64,000 nucleotides of DNA from an uncultured Gammaproteobacteria bacterium (GTDB lineage Bacteria > Patescibacteriota > Microgenomatia > Levybacterales > GWA1-39-11). The first letter of the stretch is position 1, and the number at the start of each line of letters is the position of its first letter. The notes beneath the pieces are model-generated. The model was given only the letters and a program-made list of their open reading frames with translations. It searched no databases and was not told the DNA's origin. Location of the stretch: NCBI GenBank assembly GCA_964504535.1, contig CAZDED010000001.1:101804-165803 (forward strand), in the 5' to 3' direction. Position numbers and translations under genes: made by a program. Shown here piece by piece: positions 20,471 to 30,536 of the stretch.

Positions 20471-22819
20471 TCACCTAATAACAAGAGAATTGTTCTCGAC
20501 CGTTATTACCGCAGCCCCACCCTTCTGAAGGGTATTTGATAACAATAATTTTGACAACTGATTTTCGATTGTTTGCTCAATGAACCGTCTTACGTTTCTG
20601 GCACCAAATTCGGTGCTAAAAGAATTTTTAGCAATAAATTCAGTAACATCATCACTATATGTCAAAATGATTTGTTGCTCAGAGATTTTATCTATCGATT
20701 CCTGCAAGAATAACTTAGCAACAGAAACAGCATCTTTTTCTGAAAGCGGTCTAAATACAATTACATCATCAAATCTATTGATAAGCTCCGGTTTGTAGAC
20801 GCCTGATTGCTGAATTCTCTCAATAAGCTCTCTCTTAACATCCTCAACATTCACACCTTCTTTATATTTCTCTCTGATAAATTCGCTTCCGGCATTTGAA
20901 GTTGCAATGATAATGGCATTTTTAAATGAAACAACTCTTCCGAGATGGTCAGTCAGTCTTCCCTCATCCAAAACTTGCAAGAAAAGATCATGTACACCTT
21001 TTGATGCTTTTTCAAATTCATCCAGCAGTATCAATGAGAAGGGGTTATGTAATATTTTGTCGACTATGCCCTCTCCCAATAAGAGGTTAATAGCATCATC
21101 ATTTTGATACTCGCTCATGTCAAGCCGAATCATCGCACTTTCATCTCCGAAATACGATGAAGCAAGCGCTTTGGCTGTTTGTGTTTTTCCAACACCAGTT
21201 GGTCCTAAGAAAAGAAATGAAGCTATTGGTTTTCCTTCATTTTTCATACCACTCCGGACCCTTCTCATGGCATTAGAAATTGCAGAAACAGCTTCATCCT
21301 GGGAAATTACTCTTTTATGGATCATTGCCTCAAGTTCGAGTAGTTTTTCACTTTCTTGCGTGTCAGGCTTATCCAATAATAAATTTGTCTTCTCACCGAC
21401 AAAACTTCTGACTTCTTCTTCTGTAATTTCATTAACGCCATGAGTTTTGCAGTTAGCAATAACATCATCCAATAAGCGAATTGCCCGTCCTGGTAGAGCT
21501 GTTCCGTCGTTTTCGTATGAATCAGACAAACTAGATACCTCTTTCAGGCCGTTATATGAAATCGAAACATGATTTATTTTTTCTAAATCTTTAGATTTTT
21601 CCAGTATCATAAAAAGGGAAGTCTCAGGATCTGGTTCGGCTACCTCCACAACATCAAATAATTCCTTTACTTCTTGTTTTTGATAGATGAAAGTATTGAA
21701 TGCATCCTCGGTGGTACTGCCTATTATCTTGATTCTGCTACTTTTAAGATACTCAACCAATGATCCTGAAATATCCATATTTAGCCCTCCGCCCCCAAAA
21801 ATATTTTCAATATTAGGAATGTAAACAACAACATTCCCCGCATGCGTTAACTCAGAAAATAATTCAACAAAGCGCGCTTCCAGATCTCCTTGATTTTCGA
21901 TTCCAGCAAGAAGACGCTCAGAATAAAACTTAAAGACAATCTTGTTTGAAATATTTTTTGGGAGAACCCCCATATCTGAATCGAGGGCAAATTCTGCTAT
22001 CAATGCTGTCTTACCGACTCCCGCAGGTCCCACCAGAAGAACGTTACTTGAATGATTTTTTGAGAGCGCAGTAATTAATAAATCGTATTCTTTTTCGCGC
22101 CCGATTGGAGTTATAACTGTTTTTGAAAGTATTTCTCTCGTGAAATTGTATGCATATTGCAATAATTGTTGATTCCATCCAAACACAAAAAAGTCAAACG
22201 CACCACTGCCAGTAAATTTTAGATGATGCTGTTTTTTGCGATCAATACCGTACTGTTTTCTGACCCATGAGAGTATAGTTATAATATCTTTTTCATCGAT
22301 GCCTTTTTCAAACAAGGTCTTATTTTGACTATCGAGCAACAATAGATATGCTGCGTATACATCAACTCCATGAATGTATGAGCCCTCAACAGTGTGAACA
22401 AGTGCTGCTGCCTTCTGAAGCACATGTTCTTCAGATATATCTACTTCATTTTTTGCGTAAGAATACTGCAACAACTTATTAAAATATTTAACTTCACCCT
22501 CCCCCAGTAATTCTTTTATAACCTCTGCTACCGTTTTTTTTCTCTCCAAAATTGCACGTGTCTTAAAATCAGCGCATTCGATGACATGAAGAACGTTGTC
22601 TGAGATTTTTTTAGAAGGAATACTATTCTCGAGCTTAAAATGGATAAAGAATTCCTGAAGTATCAAAACGAAATACACCGGCAACAGATGCATAATAAAT
22701 GTCGGGTTCTTGAGATTGAAATAAACAATTACCCCAATTCCAAAAAAAATAAGGACACGTAACCACCGAATGACAGAATTGTCGAAAAAATAATAGAGAA
22801 AATAATAATTGTTTTTCAT
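20471..22819 (-). CDS. Membrane-anchored Hsp100/Clp-family AAA+ ATPase with a degenerate NBD1 Walker B. The likely start is MKNNYY at 22819.
   Basis: It has two N-terminal TM helices (WLRVLIFFGIGVIVYF, FIMHLLPVYFVLILQEFFI), a Clp_N-like region, and NBD1 Walker A LLVGPAGVGKT. NBD1 Walker B reads VVYIPNIENIFGGGG, with IPN in place of I/FDE. NBD2 is intact (FLFLGPTGVGKT, ILLDEFEKA, sensor and arginine-finger region). The first 46 codons of the 828-aa ORF overlap the upstream gene and were discarded. Confidence 0.7.
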   Translation of the reverse strand: MKNNYYFLYYFFDNSVIRWLRVLIFFGIGVIVYFNLKNPTFIMHLLPVYFVLILQEFFIHFKLENSIPSKKISDNVLHVIECADFKTRAILERKKTVAEVIKELLGEGEVKYFNKLLQYSYAKNEVDISEEHVLQKAAALVHTVEGSYIHGVDVYAAYLLLLDSQNKTLFEKGIDEKDIITILSWVRKQYGIDRKKQHHLKFTGSGAFDFFVFGWNQQLLQYAYNFTREILSKTVITPIGREKEYDLLITALSKNHSSNVLLVGPAGVGKTALIAEFALDSDMGVLPKNISNKIVFKFYSERLLAGIENQGDLEARFVELFSELTHAGNVVVYIPNIENIFGGGGLNMDISGSLVEYLKSSRIKIIGSTTEDAFNTFIYQKQEVKELFDVVEVAEPDPETSLFMILEKSKDLEKINHVSISYNGLKEVSSLSDSYENDGTALPGRAIRLLDDVIANCKTHGVNEITEEEVRSFVGEKTNLLLDKPDTQESEKLLELEAMIHKRVISQDEAVSAISNAMRRVRSGMKNEGKPIASFLFLGPTGVGKTQTAKALASSYFGDESAMIRLDMSEYQNDDAINLLLGEGIVDKILHNPFSLILLDEFEKASKGVHDLFLQVLDEGRLTDHLGRVVSFKNAIIIATSNAGSEFIREKYKEGVNVEDVKRELIERIQQSGVYKPELINRFDDVIVFRPLSEKDAVSVAKLFLQESIDKISEQQIILTYSDDVTEFIAKNSFSTEFGARNVRRFIEQTIENQLSKLLLSNTLQKGGAAVITVENNSLVIR

Positions 22820-22821
22820 TG

Positions 22822-23160
22822 TTATGAACTCTTGTAAAAAATAAGGGCTATAAGTGCAACTGGTATCAATATCAAAAAGACTCCAATTAAAAATTCGATA
22901 AGCAAAAGAAAAATAACAACAAGGAGAGACACTGAGATAAGAACGGACTTGATACACATCCCAAAAATAATGGAAAACAAGACCAATCCTTGCCTATATT
23001 CATTCTTAAGAGGTTTGAAGAACGTTTTAATAAGAAGAGGAAGGGACAGTAAAGAAGCTACATACCGGTTCAGATCAATGAAGAAATTAAGCAATCCTCC
23101 GAGAACATCCCTATACCAAAAAGTAATTAAATAAAATGGGTAATAGATAAAGGCAAGCAT
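22822..23160 (-). CDS. Small 3-TM membrane protein of unknown function, immediately upstream of the membrane-anchored Clp paralog (2-nt gap).
   Basis: The 112-aa product has three hydrophobic helices. Its TAA stop at 22822-22824 is followed 2 nt later by the Clp ATG. Confidence 0.35.
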   Translation of the reverse strand: MLAFIYYPFYLITFWYRDVLGGLLNFFIDLNRYVASLLSLPLLIKTFFKPLKNEYRQGLVLFSIIFGMCIKSVLISVSLLVVIFLLLIEFLIGVFLILIPVALIALIFYKSS

Positions 23161-23229
23161 TTATACATTTAGTTTACGGTAAGCTCGAATCATAAATCAA
23201 CAATAGGTCTTGTATGGTTGTTTGAGTCT

Positions 23230-23258
23230 TTGAAAATATTGTATGATTAGCTTATATA
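23230..23258 (+). promoter_or_regulatory. Sigma-70-like promoter upstream of pilB (TTGAAA-17-TATATA).
   Basis: The -35 TTGAAA is at 23230-23235 and the -10 TATATA at 23253-23258, with a 17-nt spacer, about 45 nt upstream of the pilB ATG. Confidence 0.4.
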
Positions 23259-23303
23259 GACTCGAAACCAATCGAGTTATATGTGTTTGTCTAACTGCCC
23301 TAT

Positions 23304-24995
23304 ATGATTCTGTCCGATGATCAAATAAAGGCACTGGTTTTAAAAACCGGCCTTGCTACACAACAAAGCCTTCAAGAGCTCGTCGAGTTCTCAAAAAACT
23401 CCAACGTAACCCTTGCTGATGCTCTCATTGAGAAAGATGTGATTTCAGATGAAAATTTAGGAATTCTGATAGCCGATTTTCTCCATATTCCCTTCATTGT
23501 CCTTTCAAAACTCTCTATTCCTGAAGAAGTCTTTCATGTTGTTCCTGAAAAGATAGCTCGAAAGCAAAAAGTAATACCATTTGAAAAAAATAGTGAAGGA
23601 TTAAAAGTGGCAACGGTTGATCCACGTAACAGTGAGGTTCTTCAAGCAATCAGTAAAAAAACAGGACTAAAAGTGATCCCGTATCTGACTACTGAACGGG
23701 ACGTTGATAATATCTTGCGTATATATAAGAGGGATCTTCAAAAATCCTTTGAACAACTCCTACAAAAAGAGCTTGGCATTTCAGATATCTCAAAAGTAAC
23801 TGATGCTGCTCCAATTGAAAAGATTGTGAATCTTCTGGTAGAGTTTGGATACAGTGACAAAGTTTCTGATATCCATATCGAGCCTGAAGAAAAAGATTCT
23901 CTCGTTCGGTTCAGGATTGATGGTATATTACATGATGTTTTATATCTTCCTAAAAACTTCCATGAAAGAATTATTTCTCGTATCAAAATACTTTCAAAAC
24001 TTCGAACAGATGAGCATCTGAGCCCACAGGATGGAAAGATGCGTATTAAGCTCGATGAAGAAAATCTTGATATCCGCGTGTCTGTACTTCCAATTGCTGA
24101 TGGCGAGAAAGCAGTTCTTAGGCTTCTTGCTTCACACTTCAGGCAATTTTCCCTGATAGATCTTGGTATGAGTGAACCGGATCTGAAGAAAGTAACCAAT
24201 GCTTATAGCAAATCGTATGGCATGGTACTTTCGACCGGACCTACCGGAAGTGGTAAAACTACCTCTATCTACGCTATTTTAAAGATTCTTAACACTCGAG
24301 AAAAAAATATCACAACAATCGAAGACCCTGTTGAATACAGAATTAAAGGGGTCAATCAAATCAATGTAAACCAAAAAACCGACCTTACGTTTGCTAATGG
24401 GTTGCGATCTATTCTACGGCAGGATCCGAATGTTGTTTTTGTGGGAGAAATCCGAGATGGAGAGACGGCTGGCATTGCAGTGAATGCTGCTTTGACTGGT
24501 CATTTAGTTCTCTCGACACTTCACACGAATGATGCAGCAACAGCACTCCCACGACTTATTGATATGAAGGTTGAGCCTTTTCTTGTCGCTTCAACCGTAA
24601 ATGTCATCATTGCACAACGTCTGATAAGAAAGATTTGTGATATGTGCAAAATGTCTTATGACATATTAAGAACTGATCTTGCTAAAAACTTACCACCTAC
24701 CATTATTTCAAAACACTTTGGAGACAGGGAAAATATTAAACTATATAAAGGAAAGGGTTGTAAAATTTGCCACTCGACGGGATATTCGGGTCGACTTGGG
24801 GTATTTGAGGTGTTGGAAGTGACAAAAGACATAAAAGAATTGATTACAGCAAAAAATGATTCTGACATCATTACAAAAAAAGCAGTAGAAGAAGGAATGA
24901 CCACTATGTTAAATGATGGACTGATAAAGGTATCAAAAGGAATTACAACTCTTGAAGAGGTTTTACGAGTAACGAGAGTAGAAACGTCATCATGA
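23304..24995 (+). CDS. pilB: Type IV pilus assembly ATPase (GspE/PilB family).
   Basis: It has an N-terminal T2SE_N domain, Walker A GPTGSGKTTS, Asp and His boxes, and a C-terminal tetracysteine motif (CDMCKMSYD ... CKGKGCKICHSTGYSGR). Confidence 0.9.
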   Translation: MILSDDQIKALVLKTGLATQQSLQELVEFSKNSNVTLADALIEKDVISDENLGILIADFLHIPFIVLSKLSIPEEVFHVVPEKIARKQKVIPFEKNSEGLKVATVDPRNSEVLQAISKKTGLKVIPYLTTERDVDNILRIYKRDLQKSFEQLLQKELGISDISKVTDAAPIEKIVNLLVEFGYSDKVSDIHIEPEEKDSLVRFRIDGILHDVLYLPKNFHERIISRIKILSKLRTDEHLSPQDGKMRIKLDEENLDIRVSVLPIADGEKAVLRLLASHFRQFSLIDLGMSEPDLKKVTNAYSKSYGMVLSTGPTGSGKTTSIYAILKILNTREKNITTIEDPVEYRIKGVNQINVNQKTDLTFANGLRSILRQDPNVVFVGEIRDGETAGIAVNAALTGHLVLSTLHTNDAATALPRLIDMKVEPFLVASTVNVIIAQRLIRKICDMCKMSYDILRTDLAKNLPPTIISKHFGDRENIKLYKGKGCKICHSTGYSGRLGVFEVLEVTKDIKELITAKNDSDIITKKAVEEGMTTMLNDGLIKVSKGITTLEEVLRVTRVETSS

Positions 24996-26065
24996 TGGAA
25001 TTATTTAACAGCAACAATCCAAAGTCATTGAGGATCTCAACAGCTGAGAAACTTGGCTTGATTAGTAATCTCGCAACAATGCTTTCTGCCGGCATCTCAA
25101 TTCTTGAAGTGGTTGACTCACTTCTTGAAGACGCAAAAGGTAACCAAAAAAAACTGCTTGATTCTTTAAAAGCAGATCTTGCTCAAGGAAATCATGTATC
25201 AGATGCGTTGGCAAAATTTCCGAAGATATTTGATAAAATCACGGTCAATCTTATCAAGGCATCCGAGGAAGCAGGAACCCTTGACGTAACACTGGTAGAC
25301 CTAAAATCTTCGATCAAAAAAGACGCAGAATTCATGGACAAAATTAAAGGTGCCTTAACCTATCCGGTTCTTATCCTTTTTGTCTTTGTGGGGGTGCTTG
25401 TTATGATTTTAATTGTTGTTATCCCTAAAATTTCCAGTGTTTTCCTTCGACTCAACGTTGACCTACCACTTCCAACACAAATACTCATCGGGATGTCGCA
25501 GGTCTTAACACAATACACGATATTTGTCTTTCTCGGGCTAGCAGTCATAGGAATTGGTGGTTTTCTTTTCTATCGGGAGAAAAAAAGAACATTTCTGCAC
25601 TTTCTTTTCATGCTCCCGCTTGTATCTACCCTCTCTCAGCAGATAGATCTAACACGGTTCTCAAGGAGTCTATATTTATTACTGAATGCCGGAATTCCTA
25701 TTGCTGCTGCTCTTGAGCTTGCCCAGGAAGTTGTTCTTAAAAAAGAAGTCAGTGACGCGATTGGTCACTGTAAAGATGTTGTTTTGGCGGGTAGTGAGTT
25801 GTCAGACGGCCTGAAAAATGCAAAAAATATTTTTCCAAATATCATGATAAAAATCACCGAAGCTGGGGAAAAAAGCGGATCGTTGGATAAATCGATGCAG
25901 GATGTTTCCGAATACCTAGACTACCAAGTTGAAAACACATTAAAGACACTAACAACACTTCTTGAACCTCTCATGCTTATTTTTGTAGGAGTACTTGTGG
26001 GTGGAATGATGCTTTCAATAATAGCACCTATATACGGACTGATTGGACAAGTAAGTTCTCACTAG
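24992..26065 (+). CDS. pilC: Type IV pilus platform protein (GspF/PilC family).
   Basis: It has two GspF-like repeats with 3 TM helices and overlaps pilB by 4 nt (ATGA). Confidence 0.85.
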   Translation: MMELFNSNNPKSLRISTAEKLGLISNLATMLSAGISILEVVDSLLEDAKGNQKKLLDSLKADLAQGNHVSDALAKFPKIFDKITVNLIKASEEAGTLDVTLVDLKSSIKKDAEFMDKIKGALTYPVLILFVFVGVLVMILIVVIPKISSVFLRLNVDLPLPTQILIGMSQVLTQYTIFVFLGLAVIGIGGFLFYREKKRTFLHFLFMLPLVSTLSQQIDLTRFSRSLYLLLNAGIPIAAALELAQEVVLKKEVSDAIGHCKDVVLAGSELSDGLKNAKNIFPNIMIKITEAGEKSGSLDKSMQDVSEYLDYQVENTLKTLTTLLEPLMLIFVGVLVGGMMLSIIAPIYGLIGQVSSH

Positions 26066-26156
26066 CATGCATCATCTAATAGAAAATAGACAGAAGGCAA
26101 TAGACAGAAGTACTGGAAACAAAAAAAATAATCTAATGTCTAATGTCTTTTTTCTA

Positions 26157-26636
26157 ATGTCTTCTAACCGTGGCCTGACATTAATAGAGCTGCTTCTTGT
26201 TATAGGAATTCTTTCTATTCTTTTTGCGATAGGCATCGTTAGTCTTACCAATATCAGAGTTATTTCCGGTAACAATAGTGCAAGTGTTGTCCTAATTTCT
26301 GACCTCAAAACTCAACAAATAAAGGCAATGACCGGAGATACTGAAGGGCGTGGGGTTCCTGATAATTATGGTGTCAAAATCCTATCAAATAGATATATTC
26401 TGTTTCATGGAATTACATATAACCCACTAGACACATCAAATTTTTCAGTACCGGTAGACAATGGATATATACTGAGTACAACATTCCCCAACAGTACAAT
26501 ACTCTTTGCGTCAGAAAGTGGTCAGTTGGTCGGATTTGTTCCTAACCAAAATACAATCGCTCTAACAAGCACACCGTCTGGGCAAGTCAAAACCATCCAA
26601 TTCAATGCTTATGGAACAGTTACAAATATTAATTAA
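26157..26636 (+). CDS. Prepilin-type pseudopilin / minor pilin (GspH/FimT-like).
   Basis: It has a class III signal (MSSNRG|LTLIELLLVIGILSILFAIGIV). The ORF-track start at 26067 adds 30 residues that do not look like a leader. Confidence 0.65.
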   Translation: MSSNRGLTLIELLLVIGILSILFAIGIVSLTNIRVISGNNSASVVLISDLKTQQIKAMTGDTEGRGVPDNYGVKILSNRYILFHGITYNPLDTSNFSVPVDNGYILSTTFPNSTILFASESGQLVGFVPNQNTIALTSTPSGQVKTIQFNAYGTVTNIN

Positions 26637-29586
26637 CAGTATTAAGAATCGACAGGAAGGACAACTTCTGATTGAGATTATCCTTGCTATCGCGATAACG
26701 GCAATCATGCTCCCCGCGCTTTTGACCGGACTTTTTTCATCAAAACAAGGAAAGGCGCAACAAGGGCAAAGGGTTCAAGCTGTTGCTCTTATGAAAGAGG
26801 CAGAGGAAGTAGTAAGAAATGTTCGAGAACAGGGGTGGACACTTTTCTCTGTCAATGGTACGTATCATCCGTTAATTTCGGGGACTACGTGGTCGTTTGC
26901 ATCCGGAAGTGAAAACGTTAATGGATTGACAAGAACAATAACGGTAAGCGATGTGTATCGGGATAGTAATGGGGTAGTTGTAACAAGCGGAGGAAGCCTA
27001 GATCCATCAACGAAAAAAGTTTACATACAAATAACATGGGGACAACCGTATGCTTCTTCGGTTGATTCTACTATTTATGTAACCCGATATTTGCAAAATA
27101 ATGCGTCAACCCAAACAAGTATCGCGGATTTTAATGCCGGCACAACTATCGATACTGCCGTTACCAATACGTCAGGAGGAGAGATAACGCTTGCACCAAA
27201 TACAAAAGGTAAATGGTGTTCTCCGAGTTTTTCAAGTGCAACCATTACTCTTCCCGATGGACCCCCTGTTGCAGTTGCGGCAACAGCAAGCGCTTCCTCA
27301 ATATCCACGCCAAACGATGTCTTTGTGGCAACCTCACCGACAACTACGAACACCTACAAGCTCGCCCATATAAAAGTGCCAGCAGATATTGATCCTCCGG
27401 TTCCTACACTTCGTGGCACTTTCACCCTTAACGCAGCAAGTTATAGTAACGCATCCCTTGTTCCAGTCAGCCCAGGGATTGATAACAGCTTCATCACAAA
27501 TGCTGTTAAATACTACAAATCATCTAGCGGTAAATTGTATGCGCTTCTTGCAACAACCAAACCTGATCGTGAAGTCATAGCAATACTTGTTGACGATGGA
27601 ATTACCGGCAACGATAACACAAATAATGGAGAGTATCAGGATTATATAAATAAGATCTATAAATATTGGACTTTTTTCGACACAAAGATTTACGGAACAG
27701 CTTCGGGACTTGATACTGGATTTTTGAGTCCGACCGCAAATGCCGCAGACACTGGTGGGGATGGAAATGGTTTTGAATCAAACCCAACTAGGGCGTATTC
27801 GTCTAACTCTTCGTATGCTACTGACTCCAATAGTGGCAATGGCAATGGGACAAACTGCACGGGATCTGATAAAGACAAACATAGGTTCTATAATTACGGG
27901 ATCTCTTTGCCATCCGGCGGGACTATTGATGGAATAGAAATACGACTGGATGGTAGAGCTGACAGTACTACCGGAAGTCCTAAATTTTGCGTACAACTAT
28001 CATGGGACGGTGGCACAACCTGGACAAGTGCAAAATCTTCAAACAATTTAACTACTAATAATGCAACATATACGCTTGGTGGATCGTCAGATACCTGGGG
28101 AAGAACCTGGACGGATAGCGATATGAATGATACAAATTTCCGAGTACGGATAATTGATGTCTCAAGCTCTACCCGTACGTTTTCCCTTGATTGGATTGCA
28201 ACAAAAGTATATTTCAGTGGGGGCACCCTCACGACATCTGATCAAGCACCCTATGGAGCGGGGGCATCATCCATAGCGGTTCTTGACGACAGAGGATATG
28301 TTACCTCTGGTGGATTCTTATATGCCTTTGACCTGAGCAATATCGACAATAAAAGTCAAAGCAGTGGCCTTGATATGATTGGGTGCAGAATAGAACTTGA
28401 CGGTGATGACTGTAACGCCTCAACAAGCAGAATTAGAAAATATGCTGCAGGAAATACTGGCACTAATTGGGGAAGTGAATCTGCAGGACAAACCGCTTGT
28501 GTTGACGGTGGAAATACGCAAATTTATGCAGAAAATGACATCTATCCGGTCAGAGTTGGTAACAATATATATGTGTATGCAGCGGTTGGCGCAGGAACTG
28601 ATCCAGAGCTTGATATAGCAAATGTAAGCACCCCTCCAACGGGGGCTTCGAGTCCTTCGATTACAGCAAGTACTTGTGGAACAATAGCAAGCGGAAATGC
28701 TTCATGGAAAAGAGGAGGATCTTTGGATTTCAATTCAGCGAGCAACACGCAAGAAACTGCTAACTCGGTGTTTGCCAGCCCTGATGGGACACGTGCATAT
28801 ATCTCATCCAACGGTACAGTGGACGCCAATAGTGATGGGATTCCGGACAGTTGGCAGTTTTATATAATAAATACAACTTCAAAAACAGCTCCTGCTTTTC
28901 TCTCAGGAACTCCCGCAACCGGAGCCACAAGCGGATACTATTATGGATCGGGTGCTAATGCAGAATTATATCCAAGAAGATCACTTACCGTATTTAATGG
29001 CTCTCGTGCGATTGTTGTCGGGAAAGATGGACTGACAAATGGCAATAATGCTGCCGAATATCAAGTGGTAAATATTACGAATGAGTCTTCACCTTCTTTC
29101 TGTGGAAGTCTTGATTTCAACCAAGGGTTTAGTGATTTAGCATCAGTAACTGAAGCTGATAATGATAAATTTGCTTATCTTGTTTCAAATACCGGGGTGA
29201 ACGAGCTAAAGATTATTCAGGGAGGACCGGATGGAACATATCTTGACACCGGAACATATGAATCTAGTCCTCTCGATCTTGGGGCGAGCGTACAGCTAAA
29301 TAGGCTTACTTCAAATGCCACAGTCTCTGCCAGTACAACACTGCAGTATAGAGTTGCAGCCACAATACCGGTAAATGGTTCGTGTGCAAATGCAACCTAC
29401 ACATACGTAGGACCCGATGGGACAGCAGGAACATTCTTTCCTGCAACCGGAGGAGCTATTCCATTGAGTGGTATTACAGGTTTTCAAAATCCAGCACAAT
29501 GCGTGAGATACAAGGCGTATCTTTCAACAACAGATTTTAACGTAACGCCAACTCTTTTAGATGCTTCAATCAATTATTCACCATGA
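26605..29586 (+). CDS. Giant (993 aa) modular pilin: a prepilin-type N-terminus fused to large Asn/Thr/Gly-rich beta-rich domains. It is a putative pilus-tip adhesin.
   Basis: The N-terminus is MEQLQILINSIKNRQEG|QLLIEIILAIAITAIMLPALLTGL (G-1, E+5 and a hydrophobic helix). About 930 residues follow with no further TM, containing many G/T/S/N beta-strand-like segments and several Cys. The gene overlaps the neighbouring pilin genes at both ends. Confidence 0.6.
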   Translation: MLMEQLQILINSIKNRQEGQLLIEIILAIAITAIMLPALLTGLFSSKQGKAQQGQRVQAVALMKEAEEVVRNVREQGWTLFSVNGTYHPLISGTTWSFASGSENVNGLTRTITVSDVYRDSNGVVVTSGGSLDPSTKKVYIQITWGQPYASSVDSTIYVTRYLQNNASTQTSIADFNAGTTIDTAVTNTSGGEITLAPNTKGKWCSPSFSSATITLPDGPPVAVAATASASSISTPNDVFVATSPTTTNTYKLAHIKVPADIDPPVPTLRGTFTLNAASYSNASLVPVSPGIDNSFITNAVKYYKSSSGKLYALLATTKPDREVIAILVDDGITGNDNTNNGEYQDYINKIYKYWTFFDTKIYGTASGLDTGFLSPTANAADTGGDGNGFESNPTRAYSSNSSYATDSNSGNGNGTNCTGSDKDKHRFYNYGISLPSGGTIDGIEIRLDGRADSTTGSPKFCVQLSWDGGTTWTSAKSSNNLTTNNATYTLGGSSDTWGRTWTDSDMNDTNFRVRIIDVSSSTRTFSLDWIATKVYFSGGTLTTSDQAPYGAGASSIAVLDDRGYVTSGGFLYAFDLSNIDNKSQSSGLDMIGCRIELDGDDCNASTSRIRKYAAGNTGTNWGSESAGQTACVDGGNTQIYAENDIYPVRVGNNIYVYAAVGAGTDPELDIANVSTPPTGASSPSITASTCGTIASGNASWKRGGSLDFNSASNTQETANSVFASPDGTRAYISSNGTVDANSDGIPDSWQFYIINTTSKTAPAFLSGTPATGATSGYYYGSGANAELYPRRSLTVFNGSRAIVVGKDGLTNGNNAAEYQVVNITNESSPSFCGSLDFNQGFSDLASVTEADNDKFAYLVSNTGVNELKIIQGGPDGTYLDTGTYESSPLDLGASVQLNRLTSNATVSASTTLQYRVAATIPVNGSCANATYTYVGPDGTAGTFFPATGGAIPLSGITGFQNPAQCVRYKAYLSTTDFNVTPTLLDASINYSP

Positions 29587-30155
29587 TTTTTTTTAAACAA
29601 AAAATAATAGTTATTAGTCAAAAGTTATTAGTTATTAAAAAAAAACTACCAGCTACTAACTACCAGCTACTAACTTCTAAACGTGGGTTCACTCTCGTCG
29701 AACTCCTTATTTACATGGGGCTTCTAACAGTTTTGATTCTAATATTTACTGACATATTCACTTCAATAATTGATAATCAATTAAGCTCAAGAAACACATC
29801 AAATGTTGCTGATGATGGACGCTATATTTACTCACGATTCATCTATGATGTAGGGCGGGCACAAGCAATTACACAGCCTTCAACCTATGGCAGTTCTTCT
29901 GCAGTACTTGATCTTACAATCGGTGGACAAAACTATAGTTACTCTCTTCTAAATAATAATCTTGTTGTGACAAGCCCGGCAGGGGCATATGCCCTTAATG
30001 GGTATGGGTCATCAATATCGGGATTACTATTCACCAAGGTAGGGACAACAAGCGCAAAAAGCACTGTTCAGATTAATTTCACAGTAAAGGGGGTCGTGAC
30101 AAGCAGGGGAATAAAAGATCAACAGATATTCCAAACTACAGCCGGACTACGATGA
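29583..30155 (+). CDS. Prepilin-type minor pilin (PilW/GspJ-like).
   Basis: KRG|FTLVELLIYMGLLTVLILIF is a pilin N-terminus with E+5. From the only in-frame ATG the leader is unusually long (35 aa). Confidence 0.6.
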   Translation: MIFFKQKIIVISQKLLVIKKKLPATNYQLLTSKRGFTLVELLIYMGLLTVLILIFTDIFTSIIDNQLSSRNTSNVADDGRYIYSRFIYDVGRAQAITQPSTYGSSSAVLDLTIGGQNYSYSLLNNNLVVTSPAGAYALNGYGSSISGLLFTKVGTTSAKSTVQINFTVKGVVTSRGIKDQQIFQTTAGLR

Positions 30156-30535
30156 AAATATCACCTACAAATCAACAAGGACAAACACTAATTATTCTTC
30201 TCATTTATATGGTTATTGCTATTATCGTAACAACCGCTTCAATTGCCCTTGTAATCAATAGCTCTCGAGGTACAGATAAATTATACCAAGGCGCAAATTC
30301 TTTAGATATTGCAGAAAGTGGAGCCGAAACTGCTATGATTAAATTATTAAGAGATCCCAACTACATTGGCGAGACAGTGACAGTCGGAAATGGACAAGCG
30401 GTAATAACGGTAAATGGCACCAATCCTAAAATAGTAGTCTCAAAAGGAACTCTTAATAACTTTACGAGAACAATTCAAGTGATTGTTGATACAAGTAATA
30501 ATGTGTTAACAGCTACATCCTGGAAAGAAATCTGA
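30152..30535 (+). CDS. PilX/GspK-like minor pilin that lacks Glu+5.
   Basis: After QQGQ|TLIILLIYMVIAIIVTTASIAL comes ANSLDIAESGAETAM, which matches the QA..AEAG.E.A motif of PilX-type pseudopilins. Confidence 0.5.
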   Translation: MKISPTNQQGQTLIILLIYMVIAIIVTTASIALVINSSRGTDKLYQGANSLDIAESGAETAMIKLLRDPNYIGETVTVGNGQAVITVNGTNPKIVVSKGTLNNFTRTIQVIVDTSNNVLTATSWKEI

Positions 30536-30536
30536 T

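Noticed and set aside
22820-22957. First 46 codons of the 828-aa Clp ORF (MYQVRSY...).
   Set aside because: They fully overlap the 3' end of the upstream 112-aa gene in another frame. The MKNNYY start gives a clean 2-nt intergenic gap.
26072-26308. Minus-strand ORF of 78 aa.
   Set aside because: It is antisense to the pseudopilin gene leader region and has no motif.
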